From: an uncultured Clostridia bacterium | GTDB lineage: Bacteria; Bacillota; Clostridia; TANB77; CAG-508 | Length of the DNA: 64,000 nt | Assembly (NCBI GenBank): GCA_947623865.1 | Contig: CANQIC010000008.1 | Coordinates: forward strand, 1,215 to 65,214 | Direction of reading: 5' to 3' | Shown: in pieces, positions 11,304 to 22,622 of the stretch | Layout of the letters: each line of letters opens with the position of its first letter | Numbering within the stretch: the first letter of the stretch is position 1 | Made by a program: the position numbers and the translations under genes | The notes under the pieces: generated by a model | What the model was told of the DNA's origin: nothing | What the model saw: the letters and a program-made list of their open reading frames with translations, nothing else | Database searches by the model: none

Positions 11304-11500
11304 AAGGGACTGTCCTCACATAGCAAACGATTTAAATAATTAAATAACTGCAATATAATAAAATTAAATCGCAAGAGAGAATTGTTCGAGCAGTGTATAT
11401 TTAATTTTACAGATATTGTAAAACCCAATTGTAAAGAAGGGACTGACCTGAATTTTCCAAAGGAAAATTCTAGGGTCTGTCCCCAAAAAGCTGAATAATG
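11304..11500. repeat. GGGACWGTCC-type palindromic intergenic elements (family A) inside the rpoB-rpoC spacer
   Basis: gggactgtcc at 11306. gggactgacctgaattttcc-aaa-ggaaaattctagggtctgtcccc at 11439-11483. Same motifs as 20190-20297 and 21601-21708. Confidence 0.7.
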
Positions 11501-11558
11501 AATCATGAAGAGTTAATAATACAAAATTCTTCGAATTTTAAAGGGGGAAAGAGCCTTA

Positions 11559-14500
11559 ATGGAAAACAAAGAAGTAAAAGATGAATTAGAGGTATTTAAT
11601 AAACTAAAAGTAGGTTTGGCATCAGATGAAAAGATAAGAGAATGGTCTAAAGGTGAAGTAAAAAAACCAGAAACCATTAATTATAGAACTCTAAAACCAG
11701 AAAAAGATGGTCTATTCTGTGAAAAAATATTTGGACCTACAAAAGACTGGGAATGTCATTGTGGTAAATATAAAAGAGTAAGATATAAAGGAATAATATG
11801 TGATAGATGTGGCGTTGAAGTAACAAAATCAAAAGTAAGGCGTGAAAGAATGGGACATATTGAACTTGCTGCACCAGTTGCTCATATTTGGTACTTTAAA
11901 GGAATTCCAAGTAGAGTTGCATTAATATTAGATATTTCTCCAAGAAGTTTGGAAAAAGTTATATATTTTGCATCATATATAGTACTTGATAAAGGAACAA
12001 CAGATTTAACAAAATGTCAGGTATTAACAGAAAAGGAATATAGAGAAACAGAAGAAAAATATGGAAAAGGTTCATTTACTGCTAAAATGGGTGCAGAAGC
12101 AATAAGAACTTTATTACAAGAAGTTGATTTAGATAAGTTATCAGCCAAACTAAAAAAAGAATTAGAAAAAGCAAGTGAACAAAAAAAATCAAAAATTGTT
12201 AAAAGATTGGATACAGTTGAAAGTTTTAGAAAATCTGGGAACAAACCAGAATGGATGGTAATGAGTGTTATACCAGTAATACCACCAGAAATAAGACCAA
12301 TGGTACAATTAGATGGTGGAAGATTTGCAACATCTGATTTAAATGATTTATATAGAAGAGTTATAAATAGAAATAATAGATTAAAAAGATTATTAGAATT
12401 AGGTGCACCAGAAATAATTGTAAGAAATGAAAAAAGAATGTTACAAGAATCTGTAGATGCATTAATAGACAATGGTAGACGTGGAAGACCAGTAACAGGT
12501 GCTGGTAACAGACCTTTAAAATCATTATCAGATATGCTTAAAGGAAAACAAGGACGTTTCCGTCAAAACTTACTTGGAAAACGTGTTGATTACTCAGGGC
12601 GTTCAGTTATAGTAGTAGGACCAGAATTAAAAATATACCAATGTGGACTTCCAAAAGAGATGGCAATAGAATTGTTTAAGCCTTTCGTAATGAGAGAATT
12701 AGTAGGAAGGGGCTTAGCACACAATATAAAAAATGCAAAAAGGATGGTAGAAAGATTAAGACCAGAAGTATGGGATATATTAGAAGAAGTTATTAGCGAT
12801 CATCCAGTAATGCTAAACCGTGCACCTACATTACATAGATTAGGTATTCAAGCATTTGAGCCAGTTTTAGTAGAAGGAAGAGCAATAAAACTTCATCCAT
12901 TGGTATGTACAGCATTTAATGCTGACTTCGATGGAGACCAAATGGCAGTCCATGTTCCATTATCACCAGAAGCACAAGCAGAAGCAAGATATTTAATGTT
13001 ATCTGTAAATAACCTTTTAAAGCCACAAGATGGTAAACCAGTCACAGTACCAACACAAGATATGATACTTGGAAGTTACTATTTAACAATACAAATAGAT
13101 GGTGAAAAAGGAGAAGGCATGTATTTTAAAGACGTAGATGAAGCATTACTTGCATATCAAAATGGAGATGTTGGATTACATGCTAAAGTAAAAGTAAGAT
13201 TAACAAAAGAGATAAATGGAGAAAAGAAAACAAAAACAATAGAAGCAACAGTTGGAAGACTTATATACAACGAAGAAATTCCTCAAGACTTAGGATTTGT
13301 AGATAGAACAGACCCTGAAAAAGAATTCGATTTAGAAATAGATTTCCCAGTTATGAAAAAGAACTTAGGAACAATTATTGCTAAATGTATAGATAAACAT
13401 GGACTAAATAGATCAGCAGAATTATTAGATTACATCAAAGCATTAGGATTTAAATATTCTACAAAAGGTGCAATAACAGTGTCAGTTCATGACGTTGCAG
13501 TACCAGAAGCTAAAAAGAAAATTTTAGCAGATAGTGAAAAACAAGTAGAAGAAATAGGAAAACAATATAGAAGAGGTTTAATTACAGAAGATGAAAGATA
13601 TTCTTCAATAATCAAAGTATGGGAAAAAGCAACAAATGATGTTACAGATGCAATGAAAGATAACTTTGATGATTTAAATCCAATATACATGATGGCACAA
13701 TCTGGAGCAAGAGGTAATATGAATCAGTTACGTCAAATTGCTGGTATGCGTGGACTTATGGCAAATACATCTGGTAAAGCAGTTGAAATACCAATCAAAT
13801 CATGCTTCAGAGAAGGATTAGATGTTCTAGAATATTTCATTTCTTCACATGGTGCAAGAAAAGGTTTAGCAGATACAGCATTAAGAACAGCTGACTCTGG
13901 ATACCTAACAAGAAGATTAGTTGATGTATCTCAAGACATAATTGTAAGAGAACATGACTGTGGTACAACAGAAGGAATTGAAATAGAAGACATTAAAGAT
14001 GGAAATCAAATAATCGAAAAGCTACATGAAAGATTAGTTGGTAGATATGCCCTAAATGACATATATGATCCAAAAACTAAAGAATTAATAGTAGATAATA
14101 ATACATTAATTACTCCAGATATAGCTGATAAAATAGTAGGAGCAGGAATAGAAAAAGTAGAAGTACGTTCAGTATTAGGATGTAAGACAAAACATGGGGT
14201 TTGTGCTAAATGTTATGGTATGGGTCTTGCAACAAGAAAAGAAGTTAATATTGGAGAAGCAGTTGGTATAATTGCAGCACAATCAATTGGTGAACCTGGT
14301 ACACAGCTTACAATGAGAACATTCCATACAGGTGGTGTAGCAGGAGGAGATATAACACAAGGTTTACCTAGGGTTGAGGAGTTATTTGAAGCAAGAAAAC
14401 CAAAGGGACTTGCTGTAATATCTGAAATAGATGGAACAGTTAAAATTCAAGAAGTTAAAAAGAGAAAAGAAGTAACTATAACAAATAAAGACAACTCAAA

Positions 14501-15101
14501 AACCTATGCAATTAGTTTCGGATCAAAATTAAAAGTAAAAGAAGGAGACAAAATCAATGCAGGAGATCCAATTACAGAAGGATCAATAAATCCAAATGAA
14601 ATATTAGCTATTAAAGGACCTGAGGGAGTATATAAATATTTAACATCTGAAGTACAAAAAGTATATAGAAACCAAGGTGTTGATATAAATGATAAACATA
14701 TTGAAGTTATAGGAAGACAAATGCTTAAAAAAGTAAAAATAGACGACAATGGAGATACAGGAATGTTTGCTGGTTCACTAGTGGACATTAATGAATTCAA
14801 TGAACAAAATGAAAAAATGATAGCAGAAGGAAAAAAACCTGCAACAGGGAAAAGAGCTTTACTTGGTATAACAAAAGCATCACTTGCAACAGAAAGTTTC
14901 TTATCAGCAGCATCATTCCAAGAAACAACAAGAGTATTAACAGAAGCTGCAATAAAAGGAAAAGTAGATTCATTAATAGGATTAAAAGAAAATGTTATTA
15001 TAGGAAAACTAATTCCAGCAGGAACAGGAATGCAAGCATATAGAAACATAAAAATAAATACAGAAGAACAAGAAGAACAAACAGGAGAATCTGTAGAATA
15101 A
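11559..15101 (+). CDS. rpoC: DNA-directed RNA polymerase beta' subunit
   Basis: 1180 aa. Zn finger [23 protein letters not shown]. Catalytic [12 protein letters not shown]. Confidence 0.97.
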   Translation: MENKEVKDELEVFNKLKVGLASDEKIREWSKGEVKKPETINYRTLKPEKDGLFCEKIFGPTKDWECHCGKYKRVRYKGIICDRCGVEVTKSKVRRERMGHIELAAPVAHIWYFKGIPSRVALILDISPRSLEKVIYFASYIVLDKGTTDLTKCQVLTEKEYRETEEKYGKGSFTAKMGAEAIRTLLQEVDLDKLSAKLKKELEKASEQKKSKIVKRLDTVESFRKSGNKPEWMVMSVIPVIPPEIRPMVQLDGGRFATSDLNDLYRRVINRNNRLKRLLELGAPEIIVRNEKRMLQESVDALIDNGRRGRPVTGAGNRPLKSLSDMLKGKQGRFRQNLLGKRVDYSGRSVIVVGPELKIYQCGLPKEMAIELFKPFVMRELVGRGLAHNIKNAKRMVERLRPEVWDILEEVISDHPVMLNRAPTLHRLGIQAFEPVLVEGRAIKLHPLVCTAFNADFDGDQMAVHVPLSPEAQAEARYLMLSVNNLLKPQDGKPVTVPTQDMILGSYYLTIQIDGEKGEGMYFKDVDEALLAYQNGDVGLHAKVKVRLTKEINGEKKTKTIEATVGRLIYNEEIPQDLGFVDRTDPEKEFDLEIDFPVMKKNLGTIIAKCIDKHGLNRSAELLDYIKALGFKYSTKGAITVSVHDVAVPEAKKKILADSEKQVEEIGKQYRRGLITEDERYSSIIKVWEKATNDVTDAMKDNFDDLNPIYMMAQSGARGNMNQLRQIAGMRGLMANTSGKAVEIPIKSCFREGLDVLEYFISSHGARKGLADTALRTADSGYLTRRLVDVSQDIIVREHDCGTTEGIEIEDIKDGNQIIEKLHERLVGRYALNDIYDPKTKELIVDNNTLITPDIADKIVGAGIEKVEVRSVLGCKTKHGVCAKCYGMGLATRKEVNIGEAVGIIAAQSIGEPGTQLTMRTFHTGGVAGGDITQGLPRVEELFEARKPKGLAVISEIDGTVKIQEVKKRKEVTITNKDNSKTYAISFGSKLKVKEGDKINAGDPITEGSINPNEILAIKGPEGVYKYLTSEVQKVYRNQGVDINDKHIEVIGRQMLKKVKIDDNGDTGMFAGSLVDINEFNEQNEKMIAEGKKPATGKRALLGITKASLATESFLSAASFQETTRVLTEAAIKGKVDSLIGLKENVIIGKLIPAGTGMQAYRNIKINTEEQEEQTGESVE

Positions 15102-15109
15102 AATCAAAG

Positions 15110-15141
15110 CAGAAGGGAAAATAAAATCCCTTCTGTTTTTT
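15110..15141 (+). terminator. rpoC terminator
   Basis: Stem cagaaggga/tcccttctg followed by tttttt. Confidence 0.7.
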
Positions 15142-15161
15142 AACTCTAAGCAGAAAACAGC

Positions 15162-15290
15162 AAGAAACTTTTGGCTCGGAGCGATTTCTCCACGGTAAGA
15201 AACATTTCGCTCGGAGCGATTTTTCCATGGCAAGAAACTTTTTGTTCGGAGCGATTTCTCCATTTTCTCAAGAAACTTTTGGCTCGGAGG
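15162..15290. repeat. tandem array (about 3.6 copies of about 35 bp) of AAGAAACWTTTBGYTCGGAGCGATTTYTCCA (family B)
   Basis: Units start at 15162, 15197, 15232 and 15270. Same unit as the array at 41314-41420. Confidence 0.8.
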
Positions 15291-15522
15291 AAAAAGTCTT
15301 TATTTATAAAAAAATTTTCAGAGATAATTCCTAAAAATTATCCTACAAATTACAATTTATCCTATTATTAAAATTAAAAACAAATAATTTTGAATAATAT
15401 ATTGAAATCATAAAGAAGTAATGCTAAAATGAATGTGTTAAAATCCGACAAAAAAGTGTAAAATGAAGGGTGAATAGTGAAAAGCACAAAAACTCTTCGG
15501 ATTTTTGAATAGGGGGATAAAA

Positions 15523-16470
15523 ATGAATAACATTAAAATTTTTGCCTGTAATTCGGCAGAAGAGTTCACAAAAGAAATATGTGATAATTTAGGATTATCA
15601 GTTGGAAAAAAAGATTCTTTTAAATTCGCAAATGATAATAGTTTTGTACAGTTGAAAGAATCTGTAAGAGAACAAGATGTATACATAGTACAAACAACAC
15701 AGCCACCAGTAAATGAAAGGATAATGGAATTGTTAATAACAATAGAAGCAGCAAAAAGAGCAGGAGCAAGAAGAATAACAGCTGTACTTCCATATTTTAT
15801 GTATTCAAGATCTGACAAAAAAGATCAATCAAGAGTTCCAGTAACAGCAAAATTGATGGCAACATTATTAGAATCAGCAGGAGTAAATCATGTGCTTACA
15901 TGTGACTTACATAACCCAGCTATTCAAGCATATTTTAATATAATATGTGATCGAGTAACAGCAAAACATTTACTAGAAAAATATTTTGAAGCAAAACAGT
16001 TAGAAAATATGGTAGTAGTAGCAACAGATGCAGGAAGTTCTAAAAAAGCATATAAATATTCAAAATTCTTTGAATGTCCACTTGCATTAATTGATAAAAG
16101 AAGAGAATCAAATAACGATAATGCAGTAGCAACAAATATTATAGGAGATATAGAGGGAAAAACTGCAGTAATATTTGATGATGAAATAAGTACAGCAGGA
16201 ACATTGGTTGAAGCAGCACATATACTAGAAGAACATGGAGCAAAGGAAATATATGCAGGAGCAACGCATGCAGTATTGGTTGGACCTGCTATTGAGAGAA
16301 TAGAAAAATCTCCAATAAAAGAATTAGTAGTAACAAATACAATTCCACTTGAAGAAGAAAAAAGAATTGATAAAATAAAAGTAGTATCAATTGCTCCATT
16401 ATTTGCAGAAGCAATTAAAAGATTGAATGAAGCAAGACCATTAGGAGATTTATTTGAGTATGATAAGTAA
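15523..16470 (+). CDS. prs: ribose-phosphate pyrophosphokinase
   Basis: ATG after aggggga. Contains YFMYSRSDKK, the DLHNPAIQ.YF region and the PRPP motif VIFDDEISTAGT. Confidence 0.93.
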   Translation: MNNIKIFACNSAEEFTKEICDNLGLSVGKKDSFKFANDNSFVQLKESVREQDVYIVQTTQPPVNERIMELLITIEAAKRAGARRITAVLPYFMYSRSDKKDQSRVPVTAKLMATLLESAGVNHVLTCDLHNPAIQAYFNIICDRVTAKHLLEKYFEAKQLENMVVVATDAGSSKKAYKYSKFFECPLALIDKRRESNNDNAVATNIIGDIEGKTAVIFDDEISTAGTLVEAAHILEEHGAKEIYAGATHAVLVGPAIERIEKSPIKELVVTNTIPLEEEKRIDKIKVVSIAPLFAEAIKRLNEARPLGDLFEYDK

Positions 16471-16491
16471 TTTTTAAATATATTAAGGCAA

Positions 16492-16525
16492 AAACGGCAT
16501 ATCACATAAGTGATAGCCGTTTTTG
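16492..16525 (+). terminator. prs terminator
   Basis: Stem acggcatatcac/gtgatagccgt followed by tttt. Confidence 0.55.
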
Positions 16526-16549
16526 CTATTAACAATGAATTTTTTGTAG

Positions 16550-16972
16550 TTACTTATAACTAAGATTAAACATAAATGTTTCCATTTCTGTTAATTTTCG
16601 GATTGTCTCATTATTATCGTTGATAAATTTAAGAATTGCTTTCCAATGTCTTTTTGTTCTTCTATTTCCAAGACATCTACAAATTTCTAGAACCTGTCCA
16701 TCTTGATAAATTGTAGATTTAAAATTAAACAAAAACAAACATTGGTAACTTTTTGAGTCATTGTACAAAACAACATATTGAGGAACAAAATGATTTTTCC
16801 TTATTGCAAACCGAACAGCCCTAGGTCTCAATTTTAGACCATAAGGAATATCTTTAAAGGTATTTGCTCCGATTTCAAAAAGACTAATGCATTTTCCCTT
16901 TCTAGTAGTTTTTAAATGCTCATCGATAAGATAATTTTTTGGCAACCTCCGAATAGTATAAGTACCTGTCAT
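16550..16972 (-). CDS. hypothetical protein. Contains two in-frame CGG codons (16951-16949 and 16813-16811) with no frame break.
   Basis: 140-aa uninterrupted ORF on the minority strand. No family recognised. Confidence 0.4.
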   Translation of the reverse strand: MTGTYTIRRLPKNYLIDEHLKTTRKGKCISLFEIGANTFKDIPYGLKLRPRAVRFAIRKNHFVPQYVVLYNDSKSYQCLFLFNFKSTIYQDGQVLEICRCLGNRRTKRHWKAILKFINDNNETIRKLTEMETFMFNLSYK

Positions 16973-17222
16973 AAAAATTCTCCTTTCTGTGAATCCACAT
17001 AAATTTTGTTAATAAATAAATTAACAGGTAACATAAGTATAACATATAATTTACGCAAGTTCAAGAACTTGAATAGCTCAAATATTTTCTAAATTAAAAC
17101 TAATAAAAACAACATATAACAAAGCTATATTACATAAATTGACAAATACATTAAAATATCATAAAATAAAATTACTCATTTTATGGCTCTTCTATTAATT
17201 TAAACTGAATGGGGGTACAGAC

Positions 17223-17768
17223 ATGAAAGATAAAATATTAATAGCAGGGATAACTCAGGAGGCCGTCATAGGTATTATTATATTTGCAATCTTATTAATA
17301 ACATCATTGGTTGTAAGTATAAAAACACGTAAATCAACTCGTAAAAAAATTAAAGTGATTCATGTTATTTCCATCATTATACTCCTTACTCTACTAACTG
17401 CATTATTTCCTGGAGCATTTGCAATTGGCTTGTTGATTCTATTGTTTAAGATTATAAAGTCAATGCCTGATAAAGATAACTATAGTAGTACATATTATAG
17501 TACCTATAATTATACTCATGACAGTAATGACAGTGGTAATAATTATTATAAACATGAGAATCAAGAAATTGAAGCCTCAAAATCTTATGAAAAGCATTAC
17601 TGCCATTATGGAGACTACAAAGTAAGCACAATATATGGTGATGATACAGTAATTAGAAGTGATGGAGTATGTGGCTTTAAAGATGGAAATCTTATACATT
17701 ATAATGATGGAAGTACATGTCACATAATTGAACTTGATAACAAAACTAATATTATTGACCGGCTATAA
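17223..17768 (+). CDS. hypothetical membrane protein. An in-frame CGG at 17760 lies 2 codons before the stop, and a +1 reading would extend it to 17823.
   Basis: Two predicted TM helices, then a Tyr/Asn/Ser-rich domain. ggggg RBS. Confidence 0.5.
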   Translation: MKDKILIAGITQEAVIGIIIFAILLITSLVVSIKTRKSTRKKIKVIHVISIIILLTLLTALFPGAFAIGLLILLFKIIKSMPDKDNYSSTYYSTYNYTHDSNDSGNNYYKHENQEIEASKSYEKHYCHYGDYKVSTIYGDDTVIRSDGVCGFKDGNLIHYNDGSTCHIIELDNKTNIIDRL

Positions 17769-17973
17769 AATGAGTAAAAGAGCACAGAGATGGCTAAATA
17801 GCCATCTCAAATTTTTTACATAATTAGTCTTATCAAATAAAAAGCTGATAAAAATAACTAAATTAAAACTAATAAAAATAACGTTGACAATCACTAGCTT
17901 TTACGATATAATAATAAAAGTTTAAAAATCCCACTAAATGATAGAGAGCAGTAGCGAGGGGAGGGAAATAGAA

Positions 17974-18144
17974 GTGTCAGAGATAAAAGTTAATAATGGT
18001 AATATAGAGGACGCATTAAAAAGATTTAAAAGACAATGCGTAAGAAATGGTGTTTTACAAGAGGTTAGAAAAAGAGAACACTATGAAAAACCTAGTGTAA
18101 AAAGAAAGAAAAAATCAGAGGCAGCAAGAAAGAGAAAATTTTAA
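17974..18144 (+). CDS. rpsU: 30S ribosomal protein S21
   Basis: GTG start after ggagg. ALKRFKRQC...[23 protein letters not shown]. Confidence 0.9.
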   Translation: MSEIKVNNGNIEDALKRFKRQCVRNGVLQEVRKREHYEKPSVKRKKKSEAARKRKF

Positions 18145-18237
18145 AATAGAGTTTAGAAGTTAGAGGTGAGAAGTTAAAAAAAATATTAAAGCTTTTCACC
18201 TTTTTTAATAGGATTATTCATCTAAAATATTTTAAAA

Positions 18238-18272
18238 TTGTAGGGACTTGTCGCCCACGGCGACCCCTACAA
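18238..18272. repeat. GC-rich nested hairpin TTGTAGGGacttGTCGCCcacGGCGACCCCTACAA
   Basis: Outer 8-bp and inner 6-bp stems read directly. Shares the TAGGGAC core with family A. Confidence 0.5.
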
Positions 18273-18294
18273 AGTTTTGAAGGAGGAAGGATAT

Positions 18295-18736
18295 ATGTTA
18301 AAAGAAAAATTAATGTCAGATTTAAAAGAAGCTATGAAGGAAAAACAAATATTAAGAAAGAATGTCGTTCAAATGATAAGAGCAGCAATTCTTCAAGTAG
18401 AAAAAGATAAACAAATAGAACTTGATGACAATCAGATATTAGAAATAATAGCAAAAGAGGCTAAAAAAAGAAAAGACTCTTTAGAAGATTATGAAAAAAG
18501 TGGAAGGCAAGATTTAATTAATCAAGTAAAACAAGAAATAGATATAATATCAAAATATTTACCAAAGCAATTAAGTAAAGAGGAGATATCAAGTATTGTA
18601 AAAGAAGTAATTATAGAAACAGGAGCAATGACTATAAAAGATATGGGGAAAGTAATGAAAGCAGCAAAAGAAAAAATAGGAGCTGCAGCAGACCGGTAAA
18701 ACAATTAATGAGGTTGTTAGAGAATTATTAAATTAG
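18295..18736 (+). CDS. yqeY: GatB/YqeY domain protein. Needs a +1 correction at CGG 18694.
   Basis: MLKEKLMSDLKEAMKEK...AKKRKDS...YLPKQLS. After the correction the C-terminus reads AAAD-G-KTINEVVRELLN. Confidence 0.8.
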
Positions 18737-18905
18737 AAGTTAGAGATTAAATGTTAGGAATTAGAATAATAAGAATAAATTGGCATTTAATTGTTAATAA
18801 TATAATTAAAACAAGGGACATACCTCAATCTATGAGGAATACGCTTGACTGAAGTATGTTCCTTAAACCTTATAAATATTATACATTAGAAAAGGGAGTA
18901 TATTT

Positions 18906-20186
18906 ATGTCATATAGTATAGAAGAAATAAAGCAAGGCATTAAGTTGCATTGCATAGATACAAATAAATTTAAAACTAATTTAATGGCTGTGTTTATAAC
19001 TTTGCCATTAAATAGAGAAAAAATAACATATGATACGGTAATACCAGCAGTATTAAAAAGAGGTACAAAAAAATTGACTTCTCAAGAAGAAATATCTAAA
19101 AAGTTAGAAGATATGTATGGAGCGAGCTTTGATTGTGGTATAGAAAAAATAGGTGATAATCATGTTATAAAATTCTATTTAGAGTCTTTAAATGATAATT
19201 TTACTCCAGAAAATAGTAAAGAAAACATATCAAAAGATAGTATAGATTTGCTATTAGATATAATATTAAATCCTCTTACTGAAAATAATCAATTTAAAGA
19301 TGAATATGTTGAAGCTGAGAAAAATAATATAAAGTTATTAATAGAATCAAAAATTGATAATAAAGATCAATATGCATTAAATAGATGTATAGAAGAAATG
19401 TATAAGGGTAAACCATATGGATTATATAAATATGGATATACTGAAGATTTAGATAAAATCAATTCAAAGAATCTATATCAATATTATACTGAATTAATAA
19501 ATACAAGTAAAATTGATATATTTATTTCAGGAGAACTAAACACAAAAGATATAGTAGAAATTGTAAGAAATAATGAAAATATAAAAAAAATAAAAGAAAG
19601 AAAGCCGAACTATATTGTAAATAATGAACAAACCGAAAATAAAGAAGAAATACAAGAAAAAGAAATAGAAGAAAAAAAGGATGTAGCACAAGGAAAATTA
19701 GTTATAGGATTAGATGTAGAATTAAATGACTACAACTCAAAGTTTCCTGTATCATTATATAATGTAATATTAGGTGAAAGTGCAACATCTAAATTATTCC
19801 AAAATGTAAGAGAAAAAGCAAGCCTAGCTTATACTGCTAGATCAAATTATGTAAGACAAAAAAATAATATTTATATAAGATGTGGAATTGAAATAGAAAA
19901 TTATGAAAAAGCATTAAAAATAATAAAAGAACAATTAGAAGAAATGCAAGATGGGAAATTTACAGAAGAAGATTTAGAAAATAGCAAGAAATATATGATT
20001 TCAGGTATTCAATCAGCACAAGATGAACAGGACTCTGAAATAACATACTATATAGGTCAAGAATTATCTGGAATGCTTACAACATTCGAAGAATATATGA
20101 AAAAAATAAATGAGGTAAAATTAGAAGATGTTAAAAATGTTGCAAACAAAATAAAAATAAACACAATATATTTTTTGAGAAATTAG
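18906..20186 (+). CDS. M16 (pitrilysin) family protein, non-catalytic partner (no HxxEH)
   Basis: 426 aa, same length as the neighbouring M16 gene and paired with it. No zinc motif seen. Confidence 0.65.
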   Translation: MSYSIEEIKQGIKLHCIDTNKFKTNLMAVFITLPLNREKITYDTVIPAVLKRGTKKLTSQEEISKKLEDMYGASFDCGIEKIGDNHVIKFYLESLNDNFTPENSKENISKDSIDLLLDIILNPLTENNQFKDEYVEAEKNNIKLLIESKIDNKDQYALNRCIEEMYKGKPYGLYKYGYTEDLDKINSKNLYQYYTELINTSKIDIFISGELNTKDIVEIVRNNENIKKIKERKPNYIVNNEQTENKEEIQEKEIEEKKDVAQGKLVIGLDVELNDYNSKFPVSLYNVILGESATSKLFQNVREKASLAYTARSNYVRQKNNIYIRCGIEIENYEKALKIIKEQLEEMQDGKFTEEDLENSKKYMISGIQSAQDEQDSEITYYIGQELSGMLTTFEEYMKKINEVKLEDVKNVANKIKINTIYFLRN

Positions 20187-20189
20187 ATA

Positions 20190-20297
20190 AATTGTAATTT
20201 GTGTGAGGAAAATCCTAGGGACTGTCCCTAAAAATCACCAATTTTGGGGATTTTTGGGACTGTCCTGAATTTTCCGAACATGAAAAAACAACAATTT
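20190..20297. repeat. family A palindromic element, orientation 1
   Basis: aattgtaatttgt-[gtgaggaaaatcctagggactgtccc...gggactgtcctgaattttccgaacatg]-aaaaaacaacaattt. Confidence 0.8.
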
Positions 20298-20320
20298 ATA
20301 AAAAAGGAGAATCAAATTTT

Positions 20321-21601
20321 ATGCAAATCATAGAAAACTTAAGTGTTAAAGAAAAATTATATATAGAAAAATTAGAAAATGGATTAACAGTTATGATAAT
20401 TCCTAAAAAAGGAATTAGAAAAAAATATGTAATGTGGGCCACGCATTATGGTTCAATAGATAATAAATTTGTCGTGCCAGGAGAAGAAAAGAAATCGGAA
20501 GTTCCAGATGGTGTAGCACATTTTTTAGAGCATAAAATGTTCGAACAAGAAAATGGAACAAATAGTTTGGATACATTAACTGCTTTAGGAGTAAATGCAA
20601 ATGCATATACTACTAATAATTACACAACATACCTTTTTGAATCTACAGATAATTTCTATCCTGCATTAGACGAATTAATGGACTATGTACAAAAACCATA
20701 TTTTACAGATGAGAATGTAGAAAAAGAAAAAGGTATAATTGCTCAAGAGATAAAAATGTATGATGACTATCCAGATTGGGTAGTATATATGAATGCAATA
20801 AGAAATATGTATAAAAATAATCCTATTAGAATTGATATAGCAGGTAGTGTTGAGTCCATATATAAAATAGATAAAGACGTTTTATATAAATGCTATAATA
20901 CTTTCTATAATCCATCAAATATGGTTATGTGTTTCTGTGGTGATTTTGAGCCTGAGAAGTTAATTGAAGAAGTTAAAAAAAGATTAATAGAAAAACCAAA
21001 TCAAGGTGAAATAAAAAGAATATATGAAGAAGAACCTGAAGAGATAGTGGAAAAAAGAATAGAACAGACCATGGAAGTAAGTATGCCTTTATTTGTAATA
21101 GCAATAAAAGATAAACTTCCAAATAAAAATGAAGATACTGTTAAAAAACATATAGCAATAGAAATATTATTGAATTTGATTATTGGAAAAAGCTCGGAAC
21201 TATATAAAGAAATGTATGAAAACGAATTACTAGTTTCTGAACCATTTTTAGAGTATGAATTTACAGACAACTATGCTCATATTGCGATAACAGGAGGATC
21301 TAAAGATCCAGACAAGGTATTAGAAAAAATACAACAAGAAATAGAAAAACTAAAAAAAGAAGGATTAAATTCAAGCGACTTCGAAAGAATAAAAAATATG
21401 CTATATGGAAATGCTGTAAAAGAATTTAATAATGTTTCAGATATAGCAAGAATGTTTATTTCAGATTATTTTAAAGATGTAAATAGTTTTGATTATTTAG
21501 AAAACTATAAACAAATAACTACAGAATATACTTATGAAATTCTAAAAGAAGTATTCCTAAAAGATAAAACAGTATTATCTATAGTAAAAAATAGTAAATA
21601 A
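20321..21601 (+). CDS. M16 family zinc peptidase
   Basis: HFLEH (HxxEH) zinc motif near the N-terminus. 426 aa. Confidence 0.8.
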   Translation: MQIIENLSVKEKLYIEKLENGLTVMIIPKKGIRKKYVMWATHYGSIDNKFVVPGEEKKSEVPDGVAHFLEHKMFEQENGTNSLDTLTALGVNANAYTTNNYTTYLFESTDNFYPALDELMDYVQKPYFTDENVEKEKGIIAQEIKMYDDYPDWVVYMNAIRNMYKNNPIRIDIAGSVESIYKIDKDVLYKCYNTFYNPSNMVMCFCGDFEPEKLIEEVKKRLIEKPNQGEIKRIYEEEPEEIVEKRIEQTMEVSMPLFVIAIKDKLPNKNEDTVKKHIAIEILLNLIIGKSSELYKEMYENELLVSEPFLEYEFTDNYAHIAITGGSKDPDKVLEKIQQEIEKLKKEGLNSSDFERIKNMLYGNAVKEFNNVSDIARMFISDYFKDVNSFDYLENYKQITTEYTYEILKEVFLKDKTVLSIVKNSK

Positions 21602-21708
21602 ATTGTAATTTGTTTCATGTCGGAAAATTCAGGACAGTCCCAAAAATCCCCAAAATTGGTGATTTTTAGGGACAGTCCCTAGGATTTTCCTCTCACAAAC
21701 AACAATTT
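21601..21708. repeat. family A palindromic element, core in the opposite orientation
   Basis: Same flanks (aattgtaatttgt ... acaacaattt), but the roughly 85-bp core is the reverse complement of 20203-20283. Confidence 0.8.
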
Positions 21709-21724
21709 GAAAAAAGGAAAATAA

Positions 21725-22511
21725 ATGAATACAATAACATTTCCAGGATTAAATTTAAAATTAAAAATATCAAGAATAGCATTCTCAATAGGAAATATAG
21801 ATATCTATTGGTATGCTATTCTTATGATGTCTGCATTTATAATTGCTTTGATAATTTTTAAAATTAAAGACGGTAAATTCAACATTAAGTTTTCGGATGT
21901 ATTAGATTTAAGCATATATGTAATTCCAATATCAATAATATCTGCAAGACTTTATTACATATTATTTAATTTAGAATATTATATAAGTTATCCTGCACAA
22001 ATTTTTAATTTAAAAGCAGGTGGACTTGCAATATATGGAGGAATAATTGGTGGACTTATTACATGTTACATATTTTGCAAAAAAAGAAAAATCAATTTAT
22101 TAGATTTATTAGATTATATTATTCCGTGCTTGGCACTTCGGACAAGCAATAGGTAGATGGGGTAACTTTATAAATATTGAGGCATATGGAAGATTAACCA
22201 ACCTTCCTTGGAGAATGGGAATTTATGAATTAGGAAAATATACAGAGGTTCATCCTACATTTTTATATGAGTCACTAGTTACTTTTTTATTGTTTATATT
22301 ACTAAGTAAAATATCAAATAAAAGAAAATATAAAGGACAGATAACGCTTATATATTTAATAGTTTATTCATTTGCAAGAATGATAATAGAAGGATTAAGA
22401 ACAGATAGCCTTATGTTGGGAAGTATAAGAATATCACAAATGTTATCATTAATTATATTTATAATATCAATAACATTATATATAAAAAATAATAATAATT
22501 TGAATGAGTAG
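21725..22511 (+). CDS. lgt: prolipoprotein diacylglyceryl transferase. Needs a +1 correction at CGG 22139.
   Basis: The junction reads [21 protein letters not shown], the Lgt signature. HPTFLYESL lies downstream. Confidence 0.9.
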
Positions 22512-22588
22512 ATTAATATTGACATATAATAAAAAGTAAGCTATAATAAATATAGCTTAAGCAATGAAGCTGTACATTGAATGCTGTA

Positions 22589-22622
22589 AAAAAGACTAGG
22601 AGCTCATTTCCTAGTCTTTTTC
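22589..22622 (+). terminator. lgt terminator
   Basis: Stem aaagactagga/tcctagtcttt plus T-run. Confidence 0.65.

Noticed and set aside
10814-11506. Long minus-strand ORFs antisense to rpoB, rpoC, prs, the VirB6-like gene and the adhesin (for example 10814..11506, 12017..12472, 14504..15049, 15924..16535, 31787..32359, 32687..33361, 50956..51393)
   Set aside because: They lie entirely opposite well-supported genes, have low-complexity Ser/Leu/Phe-rich translations and lack ribosome-binding sites. This is typical of shadow ORFs opposite purine-rich (GAA/AAA-type) sense-strand coding sequence.
15162-15290. CRISPR array?
   Set aside because: The roughly 35-bp units are contiguous, with no unique spacers between them, and no cas genes are nearby. 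The same holds for the array at 41314-41420. I called it a tandem repeat.
14998-15371. Track ORFs 14998..15228, 15009..15263 and 15171..15371
   Set aside because: They fall on the rpoC terminator and the family B tandem repeat. Their repetitive translations (FLPW.NRSE...) simply mirror the DNA repeat.
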